From an uncultured delta proteobacterium (GTDB lineage: Bacteria > Desulfobacterota > Binatia > Binatales > Binataceae), in the NCBI GenBank assembly GCA_963794325.1, contig CAWCDG010000003.1:256001-320000 (forward strand): DNA of 64,000 nt, read 5' to 3'. Below are positions 32,400 through 42,336 of this stretch, one piece after another. A model generated the notes under the pieces. The model had not been told where the DNA came from and made no database searches. It was given only the letters and a program-made list of their open reading frames with translations. The stretch's first letter is position 1; each line of letters opens with the position of its first letter. A program made the translations under genes and the position numbers.

Positions 32400-33341
32400 T
32401 CATCTTCCCTTGGGAATGAACCCAGGGATGCCTGTGTTCACAACCGGATTGAGCCTGACTCGGATACTGATACCTTCACTAATTTCCTTGATGGCGTTAT
32501 CGGGAAGCGCCGAGATATCAAAATTTTGCTCGATGTAGCGGATGCTTGTAGCTGTGGTGAGAGGAGCCGTGCCGCGCTGCAGCGCCCAGGCCAGTAGGAC
32601 TTGAGCCGGGGTTTTGCTGACGCGCTTCGCAATGACGGTGATCACAGGATTGTCGGTCAACTTGGGTTCAATGCCATGACCCAAAGCAGCGAAGGCCTGC
32701 ATCACGATGCCATTCCTCTTGCAATAGTCGAGCAGATCCCATTCAGGGAGATAGGGATGGGATTCGACCTGAACAGTAGCTGGCTTTACGCGAGCGATAT
32801 CGAACACCTCTTTCAGCTGTCCCAAACTGACGTTCGACAATCCGATCGCCTTGCACCGACCTTCATCGACCAGGCTCTCCAAAGCCTTCCAGGTATTCGT
32901 CAGAGTCGTCGCGTCGTCATAAATTACATTACCGTTCTTGTCTCTCGGGTCTTGCTCGTCGCCGGGTTTGAAAGCGAATGGAGTATGGATGCTGTATAGA
33001 TCGACATAGTCCAGTTGCAGTCTTTTCAGACTTGCCTCGAAGGCGGGTCTAACGCGTTCGGGACGATGATTGTTGTTCCAGAGCTTGGTACCGACAAAAA
33101 CGTCCTTCCGTTTGACCTTGCCCTCCTTGAACACAGCGCGCATCGCTTCGCCCACCTGTTCTTCATTTCGGTACCGCTCAGCGCAATCGAATTGACGAAA
33201 GCCCACCTCCAGCGCGGCCTTAGTTGCGTCTTTCGTTGCGATTGGGTCAGGAATCAGCGTGCCAAAACCGAGCGCTGGAATCTCATCAGAGCCATTATTG
33301 AGCGGTATCTTTTTATAGCGAAGGCTGTCGCTGTCACTCAT
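32400..33341 (-). CDS. Aldo/keto reductase
   Basis: LGFGT, DCAERYRNE, TKLWN, IGLSN and QVESHPY motifs. Confidence 0.93.
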   Translation of the reverse strand: MSDSDSLRYKKIPLNNGSDEIPALGFGTLIPDPIATKDATKAALEVGFRQFDCAERYRNEEQVGEAMRAVFKEGKVKRKDVFVGTKLWNNNHRPERVRPAFEASLKRLQLDYVDLYSIHTPFAFKPGDEQDPRDKNGNVIYDDATTLTNTWKALESLVDEGRCKAIGLSNVSLGQLKEVFDIARVKPATVQVESHPYLPEWDLLDYCKRNGIVMQAFAALGHGIEPKLTDNPVITVIAKRVSKTPAQVLLAWALQRGTAPLTTATSIRYIEQNFDISALPDNAIKEISEGISIRVRLNPVVNTGIPGFIPKGR

Positions 33342-33553
33342 AAAACCATTACCCCTGTGACAATCGCATTCTGAGTTGAATATAACAAAGCTCTCCGAGC
33401 AATGACCAATCGTTGCCGGCCAACGAGACTCAGCACGCTCCACGCGTCCGCGGTAACCGATTCCGATTAGCTGCATTTGACGCTCGCCACCGGAAGCGCG
33501 ACAATTCTTTAAAAAGGGCTTGGCCGCACCGTCCGCCCGACAGGAGGAACCCG

Positions 33554-34054
33554 ATGAGCATTATCGATAAGGCGCTGGAAGCAAACCGCAACTATGCAAA
33601 AGGTTACGATCCATCGCTGGGGAAGCGTCCGGCTCCCAAAATCGTAGTTGTAACCTGCATGGATCCACGGCTCTCAGACCTCCCTGGAATCCTGGGCTTG
33701 CCGCAGGCCGATATAGACGTTATCCGAACCGGAGGACCCGCGGTAACCGAAGATGTTCTCGGGGAACTTGTGGTTTCCAATCGTGTACTCGGAACCACAG
33801 AGATACTGCTTCTCAATCACACCGGCTGCGGGTTCACGACATTCACTGATGCCGAGCTGAACGCTAAGGTGAGCGCTTCGACCGGAGATGCTTCACCGGC
33901 TCCGATGCGCTTCTTCTCCTATAAGGACCCGGAGCAAAATACCCGAGAGCAGATCAAGAAAGTCAGGTCGCATCCGTGGATTTCCAAAGAGGTCCCCGTG
34001 CGCGGCGTGATTTTCGACGTGGACACGGGCAGACTACGGGAAGTCAAAGCTTGA
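33554..34054 (+). CDS. Beta-class carbonic anhydrase (clade D, Rv1284-like)
   Basis: CMDPR and HTGC zinc ligands; AGGAGG RBS before MSIIDK. Confidence 0.9.
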   Translation: MSIIDKALEANRNYAKGYDPSLGKRPAPKIVVVTCMDPRLSDLPGILGLPQADIDVIRTGGPAVTEDVLGELVVSNRVLGTTEILLLNHTGCGFTTFTDAELNAKVSASTGDASPAPMRFFSYKDPEQNTREQIKKVRSHPWISKEVPVRGVIFDVDTGRLREVKA

Positions 34055-34132
34055 ACACGAGCGCGGCGGCGATCCACTCAGTGAGTGAGGTAGTGGAAAG
34101 GCGATCGCGTCTGTTTAATTCCCTGTAGTGAC

Positions 34133-34864
34133 ATGGATCCAAAAGGCAAAGTGGCGCTAGTCACCGGTGGGGCCCGCATCGGACAGGTTGTCGCGCACAG
34201 TCTCGCGGAACGCGGGTGTGATCTGGCGCTGATATACCGCGGCTCGCGCGACGCGGCTGATGCTACGGCGGCAGCGGCAAGAGCAGCGGGCGTCAAGGCG
34301 GCTGTGCTCCGGGCAGACGCGACCAATGAGACTGAGATCGTCGCGGCGGTGAGCGAAACGGTGAAGTCGCTGGGGCGTCTGGACATTCTGATCAATATGG
34401 CTTCGATATATCAAAAGACGCCCAATCCGGACGGCGCGGCGTGGTCTGCCAGCCTGGACACAAACGCGAAGAGCGCATTCCTGTTTTCGATTCATGCGGC
34501 GCCGATCATGAAACAAGGCGGCGGTGGGCGAATAATAAACTTCTCGGACTGGCTGCCGGCTACCGGCCGTCCACATTACAAAGGCTACACTCCTTACTAT
34601 GTATCGAAAGCTTCAGTCGTGGCGTTGACGCAGACCCTGGCGCTCGAGTTCGCGCCCGAAATCCTGGTCAATGCGCTGGCGCCCGGGCCGATTCTTGAGC
34701 CTCCGGGGCTGACTCCCGAGGAGAAGCTGGAGGTGATCGAAGCCACACCGCTTCGGCGATGGGGCGGTGCCGGGGAAATCGCCAAAACGATACTCTTCCT
34801 GGTCGACAGCGATTTCGTCACCGGTGAATGTATCCGCGTCGATGGCGGCCGGCATCTTTTTTGA
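34133..34864 (+). CDS. SDR oxidoreductase (pteridine reductase-like)
   Basis: TGGARIG, YYVSK, VNALAPG and VDGGRH motifs. Confidence 0.9.
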   Translation: MDPKGKVALVTGGARIGQVVAHSLAERGCDLALIYRGSRDAADATAAAARAAGVKAAVLRADATNETEIVAAVSETVKSLGRLDILINMASIYQKTPNPDGAAWSASLDTNAKSAFLFSIHAAPIMKQGGGGRIINFSDWLPATGRPHYKGYTPYYVSKASVVALTQTLALEFAPEILVNALAPGPILEPPGLTPEEKLEVIEATPLRRWGGAGEIAKTILFLVDSDFVTGECIRVDGGRHLF

Positions 34865-34939
34865 CGGTCCATCTGCTCGAACGTGTTAGCCCGCAATATT
34901 CGCCGTTGTAAAAATCGAGGCGATCGCTGAGCGAGGCGC

Positions 34940-37231
34940 GTGGCAGGATTCATAGAGCAAGAGTTCGGTATCCAACGGCCACCTGCCTGGTTGGATAGAC
35001 TCGAAGCGCTGGTCGCACGCGAACTTGCTCCCAGCGCCCGGAAGCTTCGCACCGCCTTACGCATCGCCACGATTGTGACAATCGCGATTGGACTGGACGC
35101 GAGTTGTCACGTCAACAGTCAGCTGGGCGCGATAATTGTGTGGCTGCTGGCGGGCGCTGGACCGATGATGTCCATTCGCAAGGCCTTCGCATGGCAAATC
35201 GCGGTGATGCTCGCACTAATCACGGCGGTGGTGATGGCGCGCGCATTCGCGGAGACGCCGTGGTTGATGCTGCCGTTTATCTTCGTATGTATTTCATTTT
35301 CAACTTACCTGGGAACGACGCGCAAGCTTGGCGTGGGCATGCTCGTGATACAGATAGTCTGTCTCATTACATTCTACACCGTCGTGTTTGAACCTCAGGA
35401 AATCGGTTGGAACGCAGCAGCCGCGTTCGACGGTAGCGCGATTGCCTTCGGCCTGATCGTTCTGTTCGACAACTGGTTGTGGCCGGACCCGGGCGAGCCG
35501 ATCCTGATAGGCTTCCTCGGAGCGAGCGTCGCGCGTGCTCGTGCGCAGCTTCTCGAGGCGTCGAGCTTTTTTCTCGCCGGCGAAAGCGTACCTCGACCGC
35601 AATTGCCTGCACCAACCTCCGACCTACCCGCGCATATGGCGCTTCTCGGTCAAACGGTGGCCGAGGGCGCGTCCGAGCATCGCCGAGCGATCCTGCTTGC
35701 TGCGATCACGCGCGCGGCCCGCATGAGTCTTGAAGTGGATCGCCTGGTCACTGGGGCGCGCGAGAACCTGCCTCGAGAAATTCGCACGATGGTCCGGGAC
35801 GAAATTCAAAGGGCGGTAAATGCGATCGCCGCCGCGCTTGACGAGATCTCTCACAACCTGCCGGCGCGCATTGATGCAGGCGCGGACGAGCAGGCTCCCG
35901 CTACGCGGACGAATGTGCGCCTGGCGATGGACAATCTGGCGGCGCGCGTCATTGAGATCAGACCAGCATACATCGGCAAAAGCACTCCGGCGGAAATCGA
36001 AAATTTCGCGGAATTCATCGATTCGCTGGCGGTGCTGGCCAGGCACCTCGAGCGCCCGCTGGATGAACCTCCGGGGCCACCTACCACGGATTTATCGAAC
36101 AGCGCTGTCCCTCGATTGAGCGAACCTGCGGATCCCGCGGTTGTGCGCTATTGCCTGAAAGTTGGCTTGTGCACGGTGGTCGGCTATCTCGTCGGCCTGA
36201 TTACCCAGCGTCCGGACTTATTCATTATCCTGATGACGGTAATAACAACCGCGACGCCGACCTATGGCGCAACCCTGCACAAGATGTATCTCCGGATCGC
36301 CGGAGCTGTAATCGGAGGCGGGGTTTCCCTTCTCGCTATCATTATAGTTTCGCCCAACTTCGACACGCTCCCAGCCTATATGCTTGCGGTCTTCGCGGTC
36401 TTCTATCCGTTTGCATACGCTTCGCTCGGCAATGCGCGGATGTCATACGCGGGCAAACAAATGGGGATCGTTTTTTCGTTGGTGTTCGTGGCGTTGGGCC
36501 CATCAGACAATATCTACGAGCCCTTTTGGCGCATCTGGGGCGTCCTGCTTGGTGATTTTATCGTGGCGATGGTCTTCTTTACCCTGTGGCCGGAATACGC
36601 CGGTGATTCGCTGGTGCCCAGACTGCAAAGAGTCCTTGCCAATCTGCTCGCGCTAGCGCCAGGCGGCTCAGCTTCGAGCAGCGAGGATTCAATCCTGAAG
36701 ACCAACTCGGAAACGATGCGCGTGCTGACCGAGTTCCTCGAGATCGCCGATGACGCCGGGATGGAAGGACGCACCTGCACCGTCTTCCACGATGGGATCG
36801 TCGAAGCGGCCGGGACTCTTCGCCGGATTGCGAACCGGCTGTCCTCGATCACGACCGCTCGGGTTCTCACTCAAATGCCGCAACTCGACCCGGTAACGGA
36901 GTTTGCGCGTGAGCGGGTCTTCAACGCGATTCGTGGGGAGCTCAGGTCGTGGCTGGACTTCTTCAGCGGCCCCGAACGCCTTAGCGCTTCCGCTGCGCGT
37001 GCGATCGCGGAGAAACAAACTGGTGAGTTGGCGGAACCGCTCAACGAGTTCAGTTCACACCTCGAGGAGAACGGGTTTGCCCGCTTGGCATCGTGGCCGC
37101 TCGATCCGCGTCGCACGATGATCGCGGAACTCCAGTCGATGCGACGACTTGAGTTACTATTCTCTGACCTGAATCGGTATCTGGCGGATATTCCCAGCCC
37201 CCAACGACACGCTTCACGCATCGAGGGGTGA
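34940..37231 (+). CDS. FUSC family inner-membrane protein
   Basis: Two clusters of TM helices separated by a soluble helical region; RTALR and LRIAGAVIGG. Confidence 0.8.
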   Translation: MAGFIEQEFGIQRPPAWLDRLEALVARELAPSARKLRTALRIATIVTIAIGLDASCHVNSQLGAIIVWLLAGAGPMMSIRKAFAWQIAVMLALITAVVMARAFAETPWLMLPFIFVCISFSTYLGTTRKLGVGMLVIQIVCLITFYTVVFEPQEIGWNAAAAFDGSAIAFGLIVLFDNWLWPDPGEPILIGFLGASVARARAQLLEASSFFLAGESVPRPQLPAPTSDLPAHMALLGQTVAEGASEHRRAILLAAITRAARMSLEVDRLVTGARENLPREIRTMVRDEIQRAVNAIAAALDEISHNLPARIDAGADEQAPATRTNVRLAMDNLAARVIEIRPAYIGKSTPAEIENFAEFIDSLAVLARHLERPLDEPPGPPTTDLSNSAVPRLSEPADPAVVRYCLKVGLCTVVGYLVGLITQRPDLFIILMTVITTATPTYGATLHKMYLRIAGAVIGGGVSLLAIIIVSPNFDTLPAYMLAVFAVFYPFAYASLGNARMSYAGKQMGIVFSLVFVALGPSDNIYEPFWRIWGVLLGDFIVAMVFFTLWPEYAGDSLVPRLQRVLANLLALAPGGSASSSEDSILKTNSETMRVLTEFLEIADDAGMEGRTCTVFHDGIVEAAGTLRRIANRLSSITTARVLTQMPQLDPVTEFARERVFNAIRGELRSWLDFFSGPERLSASAARAIAEKQTGELAEPLNEFSSHLEENGFARLASWPLDPRRTMIAELQSMRRLELLFSDLNRYLADIPSPQRHASRIEG

Positions 37232-37254
37232 TGAGTTAGAAGAGGATCGCGACA

Positions 37255-38763
37255 ATGCCTGATGGAAACTCACCGGAGTCCGCCGGCGAATCCCTCCACG
37301 AACCGGCGTCATCTGCACCGACGCCGGGGGTCGATGCGCCAATCGCGCGAGCCCCAACCGGGAAGCAGCCTCAAAGGCGGCCACTATGGATGTGGATCGC
37401 CGGCGGTGCGCTTGTCCTTCTGGCGCTATACGAGGTCATCCCGTGGGCCATCACTGCCTTCAGAACAGAATCAACAGACGACGCCTACGTTAACGGACAC
37501 GTGACCTTTGTGGCGCCGCGGGTGCCTGGTCAAGTCGTGCGCGTGCTGGTCGACGACAACAATCGGGTGCGGAAGGGCGCCGTGCTCGTGCAGCTCGACA
37601 AGGAGCCGTACCAGGTCAAGGTCGAAATCGCGCAAGCTGCGCTGTCGGTTGCGCAGGCCGGCATCGTCACAGCACAAGCGAAAGTTCGGGGCCTTGAGAG
37701 TCTGGCGCGCAGCCAACGATTCGATCTGGCAAATGCGATGCACAACCTCAACAACCAGGTCGCCGATCTGCACTCCAAAGTAGATGCCCTTCAAGGCGCG
37801 AACGCCACCTTGATCAAGACCCAGGCCGACTTCGGGCGGGAGAAGCAGCTCTACCAACAGCAGGTTATATCAAAATCGGAGTTCGATTCGTTCCAGGAAG
37901 CCTTTTCGGTAGCTCAGGCACAGCAGCAGCAGGCTCAGCATGATGTCGGGGCGGCTCGTGCCGAACTTGGGCTGGCAGCCACATCCAAAAACGGTAATGA
38001 ACTCAGCGGCATCCCGGCGAACCTCGATCAAAGTTATTCAGCGGTCAAGGTTGCCCAGGCGCGACTCATGCAGACTGCGGCGGAGCTAGGGTCCTTTCAT
38101 TCATTCAAGGAGTCTCCCGACGCGATGCTCGCCGAGTTCTACAAGCGCGACCCTTCCGGCAATATCGATGCGATCTTCGATGAGATTTCCAAAAATGCAC
38201 CCGACACCAAACAGGCTGAGGCCAAGTTAAGTGAGGCCCAAGCCAATCTCGATCAAGCCAAGCTGAACCTTTCCTACTGCGATGTCGTGGCCGTCATCGA
38301 CGGTGTCGTGACGCGCCGCAGCGTCAACCCCGGCGATCAGGTTATCGCCGGGCAGGGGCTGATGGCGCTGAGATCTCTCACCGATATTTGGATCGACGCC
38401 AACTTCAAGGAGACGCAACTGGCGAATCTGCGCATCGGGCAACCGGTTCAGATCGACGTCGACATGTACGGCAGTCACCGGCATTTTCAGGGTCGCGTTT
38501 CCGGATTCACGATGGGAACTGGATCGACGCTGGCGCTTTTGCCGGCCGAGAATGCGACCGGAAACTTCGTCAAGGTTGTGCAGCGGCTGCCGGTGCGAAT
38601 CGAGTTGACCAACTACGATCCGAACGTAGCGCCACTGTTCATAGGGCTATCGGTCACTCCGTACGTGTACATCCACGAGACAGTTACCGGTCCGAACGCT
38701 GGCAAGATGCTGCAAGCCTCAGTATCCGCGACTGGTCCCGTTTCCGCGCCCAGCCCGCAATGA
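37255..38763 (+). CDS. HlyD/EmrA-type membrane fusion protein
   Basis: STDDAYV, ANFKETQL and ENATGNFVKVVQRLPVRI motifs. Confidence 0.93.
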   Translation: MPDGNSPESAGESLHEPASSAPTPGVDAPIARAPTGKQPQRRPLWMWIAGGALVLLALYEVIPWAITAFRTESTDDAYVNGHVTFVAPRVPGQVVRVLVDDNNRVRKGAVLVQLDKEPYQVKVEIAQAALSVAQAGIVTAQAKVRGLESLARSQRFDLANAMHNLNNQVADLHSKVDALQGANATLIKTQADFGREKQLYQQQVISKSEFDSFQEAFSVAQAQQQQAQHDVGAARAELGLAATSKNGNELSGIPANLDQSYSAVKVAQARLMQTAAELGSFHSFKESPDAMLAEFYKRDPSGNIDAIFDEISKNAPDTKQAEAKLSEAQANLDQAKLNLSYCDVVAVIDGVVTRRSVNPGDQVIAGQGLMALRSLTDIWIDANFKETQLANLRIGQPVQIDVDMYGSHRHFQGRVSGFTMGTGSTLALLPAENATGNFVKVVQRLPVRIELTNYDPNVAPLFIGLSVTPYVYIHETVTGPNAGKMLQASVSATGPVSAPSPQ

Positions 38764-40367
38764 GTGCCGCAGCGCTCCAGGTTCCGCTCGCGAGGCGATC
38801 GGTCAATCCCTGGCTGATAGCGGTTGCGGTGGTAATCCCGACCTTCATGGAGGTTCTGGATACCACAATCGCGAATGTGTCCCTGCGCTACATTGCCGGC
38901 GGTTTGTCGGCCGCCAATGTTGATAGCGAGTGGGTCATCACCACTTACCTCGCATCCAATGCGATCGTTTTGCCGATTTCCGGATGGCTCGCGCTGCGGC
39001 TGGGCAGGCGAAACTATTTCCTGCTCTCGATCGCGATCTTTACGATGGCGTCGGCTTTGTGCGGAATGGCGGGAAGCCTTGGTTTTATAATCGCAGCTCG
39101 AGCGCTTCAGGGTGTGGCCGGCGGTGGTCTCCAACCCTCGAGCCAGGCCGTGCTGCTGGATGCGTTCCCGCAAGAGAAACAAGGCCAGGCCATGACGATC
39201 TTCGGGATGGCGGCACTTCTCGCGCCGGTTGTCGGGCCAACGCTCGGCGGCTTTATCACCGACAACTACGGCTGGCGCTGGATCTTCTATCTGAACGTGC
39301 CGGTCGGCCTGTTGGCCTATTTCATGTGCCACGCGCTGGTCGAGGATCCGGAATATTTCAAAGCTGAAAGGGCCAGGAATCGGAATCGACGCGAGCCCTT
39401 CGACGTGCTCGGCCTCTGTCTGCTAACCGTGACCATGGTTTGCTGGGAGGTCATGCTCAGCAAGGGTCAGGAGTGGGACTGGCTCGGCGATCCCTTCTAT
39501 CGCGTGCAAGCCCTGTTGATCCTGTTCGCGCTCGGCCTGGGCGGCTTGATCTATCGCGAATTGCATCTGCGCAATCCACTAGTCGCGCTGCGGACGATGG
39601 CCGACCGAAACTTCGGCACCTGCTGCGTCATAATTTTCTGCGCCTACGCAGTGCTCTACGCCAACACCATTTCGCTTCCCGCCTTGCTGCAGTCCCTTTT
39701 TGGCTACGACGCCACAACCTCGGGGTTGGTTCTATCGCCATCAGGAATCTTCGCGATCATCATGCTGGTCGTTGTCGGCGCACTTCTATCGCGCGGATTC
39801 GATGCCCGCTATCTAATGGCCGGCGGTCTAATCACGATGGCCGTCGGAAACTACTGGATGGCTCACCTCAACCTTGAAATTAGTCCGTGGCAGGTGGTGT
39901 GGCCGAGGGTAGTGGTGATCGCGGGGTTGTCGATGCTGTTCGCGCCACTTAACGTGGCAGCGTTTATCTATCTACCGAAGGAGATCCGCGGCGCTGCCGT
40001 CGGATTGCTGGCTCTGCTGCGCAACGAAGGTGGCAGCGTGGGAACTTCGGTCGCCCAAATCATTCAACAACGGCGCGAACAGTTTCATACCCTGCGGCTG
40101 AATGAAAGCCTCGATCCCCTGAACCCTCCGGTCAAAGCTCTGTTGACGCGGGGCCAGGCGTTTTTCCTGCAGCACAACGGCGACGCTGTATTGTCACATC
40201 AAATGGCGTTGGGCGTTCTCGGCCAGTCGCGAGCGCAACAGGCGTCGTCAATGGCTTACTTTGACGTATTCTCATTTTCAGCTGCAGTCGGCTTGATGTT
40301 GGTATTTTTTATCCCGCTCATGCGCCGCTCGGTAGCGGAGAAGGGCGCCCATATCGGTGCGGAATAA
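38760..40367 (+). CDS. DHA2 (EmrB-type) MFS efflux permease
   Basis: FMEVLDTTIANV, GPTLGG and WRWIFYLNVP motifs; ATG overlaps the upstream TGA. Confidence 0.93.
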   Translation: MSAAALQVPLARRSVNPWLIAVAVVIPTFMEVLDTTIANVSLRYIAGGLSAANVDSEWVITTYLASNAIVLPISGWLALRLGRRNYFLLSIAIFTMASALCGMAGSLGFIIAARALQGVAGGGLQPSSQAVLLDAFPQEKQGQAMTIFGMAALLAPVVGPTLGGFITDNYGWRWIFYLNVPVGLLAYFMCHALVEDPEYFKAERARNRNRREPFDVLGLCLLTVTMVCWEVMLSKGQEWDWLGDPFYRVQALLILFALGLGGLIYRELHLRNPLVALRTMADRNFGTCCVIIFCAYAVLYANTISLPALLQSLFGYDATTSGLVLSPSGIFAIIMLVVVGALLSRGFDARYLMAGGLITMAVGNYWMAHLNLEISPWQVVWPRVVVIAGLSMLFAPLNVAAFIYLPKEIRGAAVGLLALLRNEGGSVGTSVAQIIQQRREQFHTLRLNESLDPLNPPVKALLTRGQAFFLQHNGDAVLSHQMALGVLGQSRAQQASSMAYFDVFSFSAAVGLMLVFFIPLMRRSVAEKGAHIGAE

Positions 40368-40404
40368 GACGGACAGCTTCAGGCGCCGCAACCTCGGCAG
40401 ATGA

Positions 40405-40866
40405 ATGACGCAAGTTCATCAAGTCGCGATCCTGATTCCGCTGGCAGTAGCCGCGAGCGCGGTCGCATGCACGATCATTATCCGGGCGCTGGCGGTGATG
40501 ACGACAGTAACCTTCGTTCGCCGTGAGAGACGGCTGGGCCGCGTAGGCGCAGGCTTCCTAATCGACCTTTCAATCGTTGCGCTGGTAATGTCGGTCGCGT
40601 TGGTGGCCCACCTGATTGATATCGCCATCTGGGCGGTCCTGTTCCTGGTCTGTGGAGAATTCTCCAATTTCGGAACCGCGTACTACCATTCAGCGGTCAA
40701 CTACACGACGTTGGGATACGGTGATGTGAGTATGACACCCGCATGGAGAATGTTGGGACCGCTCGAAGCTGCGAACGGGATGCTCATGTTCGGAGTTTCG
40801 ACCGCGATCATTTTCGCCGTCATGCAACGGTTGATTCAGGCCAGGTTTGCAGATCTCAGGGACTGA
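40405..40866 (+). CDS. Small potassium-channel-family protein (Ion_trans_2)
   Basis: YTTLGYGD selectivity-filter motif between TM helices. Confidence 0.85.
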   Translation: MTQVHQVAILIPLAVAASAVACTIIIRALAVMTTVTFVRRERRLGRVGAGFLIDLSIVALVMSVALVAHLIDIAIWAVLFLVCGEFSNFGTAYYHSAVNYTTLGYGDVSMTPAWRMLGPLEAANGMLMFGVSTAIIFAVMQRLIQARFADLRD

Positions 40867-40993
40867 GCGCCGACAACAAAGGGTCTTTGGGGGAACGCTA
40901 CCACTCTGCGTTTCTTACAGGTGGCCACGCGCGCGCGAGCCTCGGGCATCATTGTGCCCACTTTTGCGCCCTGACTCGGTGCCCGTCTATACA

Positions 40994-41024
40994 GTCGTCG
41001 GTTCGAAACCGATCACCCGCTCCA
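40994..41024 (+). repeat. attR-like duplication of the tRNA-Gly 3' end
   Basis: Identical to 30262-30292. Confidence 0.92.
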
Positions 41025-41077
41025 TGTAAAATCTCGAGAGATTCAGACCCGGGGTTTGCGGGCCACGCTGAAGATCA

Positions 41078-41107
41078 GGCGAGAGGCGTGGGACTCAACC
41101 TCTCGCC
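41078..41107. terminator. Hairpin downstream of the Cys-rich gene
   Basis: GGCGAGAGG...CCTCTCGCC inverted repeat. Confidence 0.4.
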
Positions 41108-41118
41108 ACTAGAGATGA

Positions 41119-41649
41119 TCAGACCGCCCCGGTACAGGTAATACACACCTGACAGGTTGGATTGGAAGTTGGAGCGGAACACGCTGACGGGCTGCTCTGG
41201 CCGCTCAGGTCAGTGCAGGTATCGTTGTTGTGGCATGGGCTCTTATTCGTCCCGACGGTGCAGCTCGGCACAATTTTAATCTCGCCTGAGCTATTATTTA
41301 CGCAGGCGAACGTATCGCTATGGCCAACCGCGCTCGCTAGGGTTTGCCCGATGGTTTGCCAGCCGGTCGGTGCGAAATACCTATTCGTTCCAAAAAACGT
41401 ATTCACTTCGACGGTAACCGGCAACAAGACCGCACCCAGATTACAGCTACAAGAGTAACCTCCGGTGATAATTACACCCCCGGGACCGTCAGGATCGGTG
41501 CAGCTAACGTCAATATTAAAAGACCCGTTGGCAGAAACAGGAGTGTTCGGTGAACAGAACGCTATTGTTGATTGCGCGAGCGCGGTCGATGCTCCGATTG
41601 CCATTAGGGCAAGCGCCAAAAAGCTCGTCATTAATTTTCTCATATCCAT
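41119..41649 (-). CDS. Secreted cysteine-rich hypothetical protein
   Basis: GGAGGAG RBS, signal peptide ending ALA, 12 Cys in the mature part. Confidence 0.75.
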   Translation of the reverse strand: MDMRKLMTSFLALALMAIGASTALAQSTIAFCSPNTPVSANGSFNIDVSCTDPDGPGGVIITGGYSCSCNLGAVLLPVTVEVNTFFGTNRYFAPTGWQTIGQTLASAVGHSDTFACVNNSSGEIKIVPSCTVGTNKSPCHNNDTCTDLSGQSSPSACSAPTSNPTCQVCITCTGAV

Positions 41650-41934
41650 TCTCTCCTCCCGGGCCGCTGCTGAATTCCCGGACGATGCGGATTGTGTGGA
41701 TGTTGCCAGTCAGGCGTTCGCTTCACCGAGTCTCTTACGTTCCGAGTGAAAGCCACGTGCCAGGCGCTGCGTTAGAGCCTTGTCGGGGGGGAGGCCAACG
41801 CTGTCTGCTTCTAACAACTGGGCGCAGTTAGGGCTACCGGCAATAGGTTACAAAACGATGAACTGCTCCCGAACGCTCTCGCTCGCTCGAGATTTGCGAC
41901 CGACGCGGCGAAATGGCGACGCTCGTCGTTGGAA

Positions 41935-42243
41935 TCAGACCGGGGGATTTCCCAGCGCAGCGGGGCCGCCGGGGGTGGTCGTCGAGTCTGAGCGGCTTAG
42001 CCATCGGACTGAGAAGTAGGCGCCGATCCATGAGCCCGATGCGGCGAACACTACGTATACCGAGTTGCCGGTGTAGCTGATTACGGCGAAGGCTGAGAGC
42101 AGGTACCACAGCGCGCTCCACGATGCTGCTCGCGACGGGCGGCGCGCGGTTACTGCCGCGTTGAACATGACGTACACGGCGTCGGTCGCGGCCGTCGATG
42201 CGACGACGCCTGCGGCAATCAGTGGGTTCAGGTTGAGCGTCAT
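41935..42243 (-). CDS. Small membrane hypothetical protein
   Basis: GGAGGAG RBS; about three hydrophobic segments. Confidence 0.7.
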   Translation of the reverse strand: MTLNLNPLIAAGVVASTAATDAVYVMFNAAVTARRPSRAASWSALWYLLSAFAVISYTGNSVYVVFAASGSWIGAYFSVRWLSRSDSTTTPGGPAALGNPPV

Positions 42244-42283
42244 CGGCTCCTCCATGCTCCGAAATTCACGATGCTTTCCAGCG

Positions 42284-42323
42284 ACCTAACCCCTAACCCC
42301 TTCCCATAGTGGGAAGGGGAACT
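42284..42323 (-). repeat. Hairpin plus TTAGGGG repeat element, copy 3 (inverted)
   Basis: ACCTAACCCCTAACCCCTTCCCATAGTGGGAAGGGGAACT. Confidence 0.9.
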
Positions 42324-42336
42324 AGTGTTGAAGCGA

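Larger units (their letters stand above)
30262..41024. mobile_element. Genomic island integrated in tRNA-Gly (no integrase inside)
   Basis: Exact 31-bp direct repeat GTCGTCGGTTCGAAACCGATCACCCGCTCCA at 30262-30292 and 40994-41024, enclosing accessory genes. Confidence 0.85.

Noticed and set aside
41746-41762. Sigma54-like box TGGCACGTGGCTTTCA upstream of the Cys-rich gene (minus strand)
   Set aside because: The -12 dinucleotide is TC rather than GC; too weak to call.
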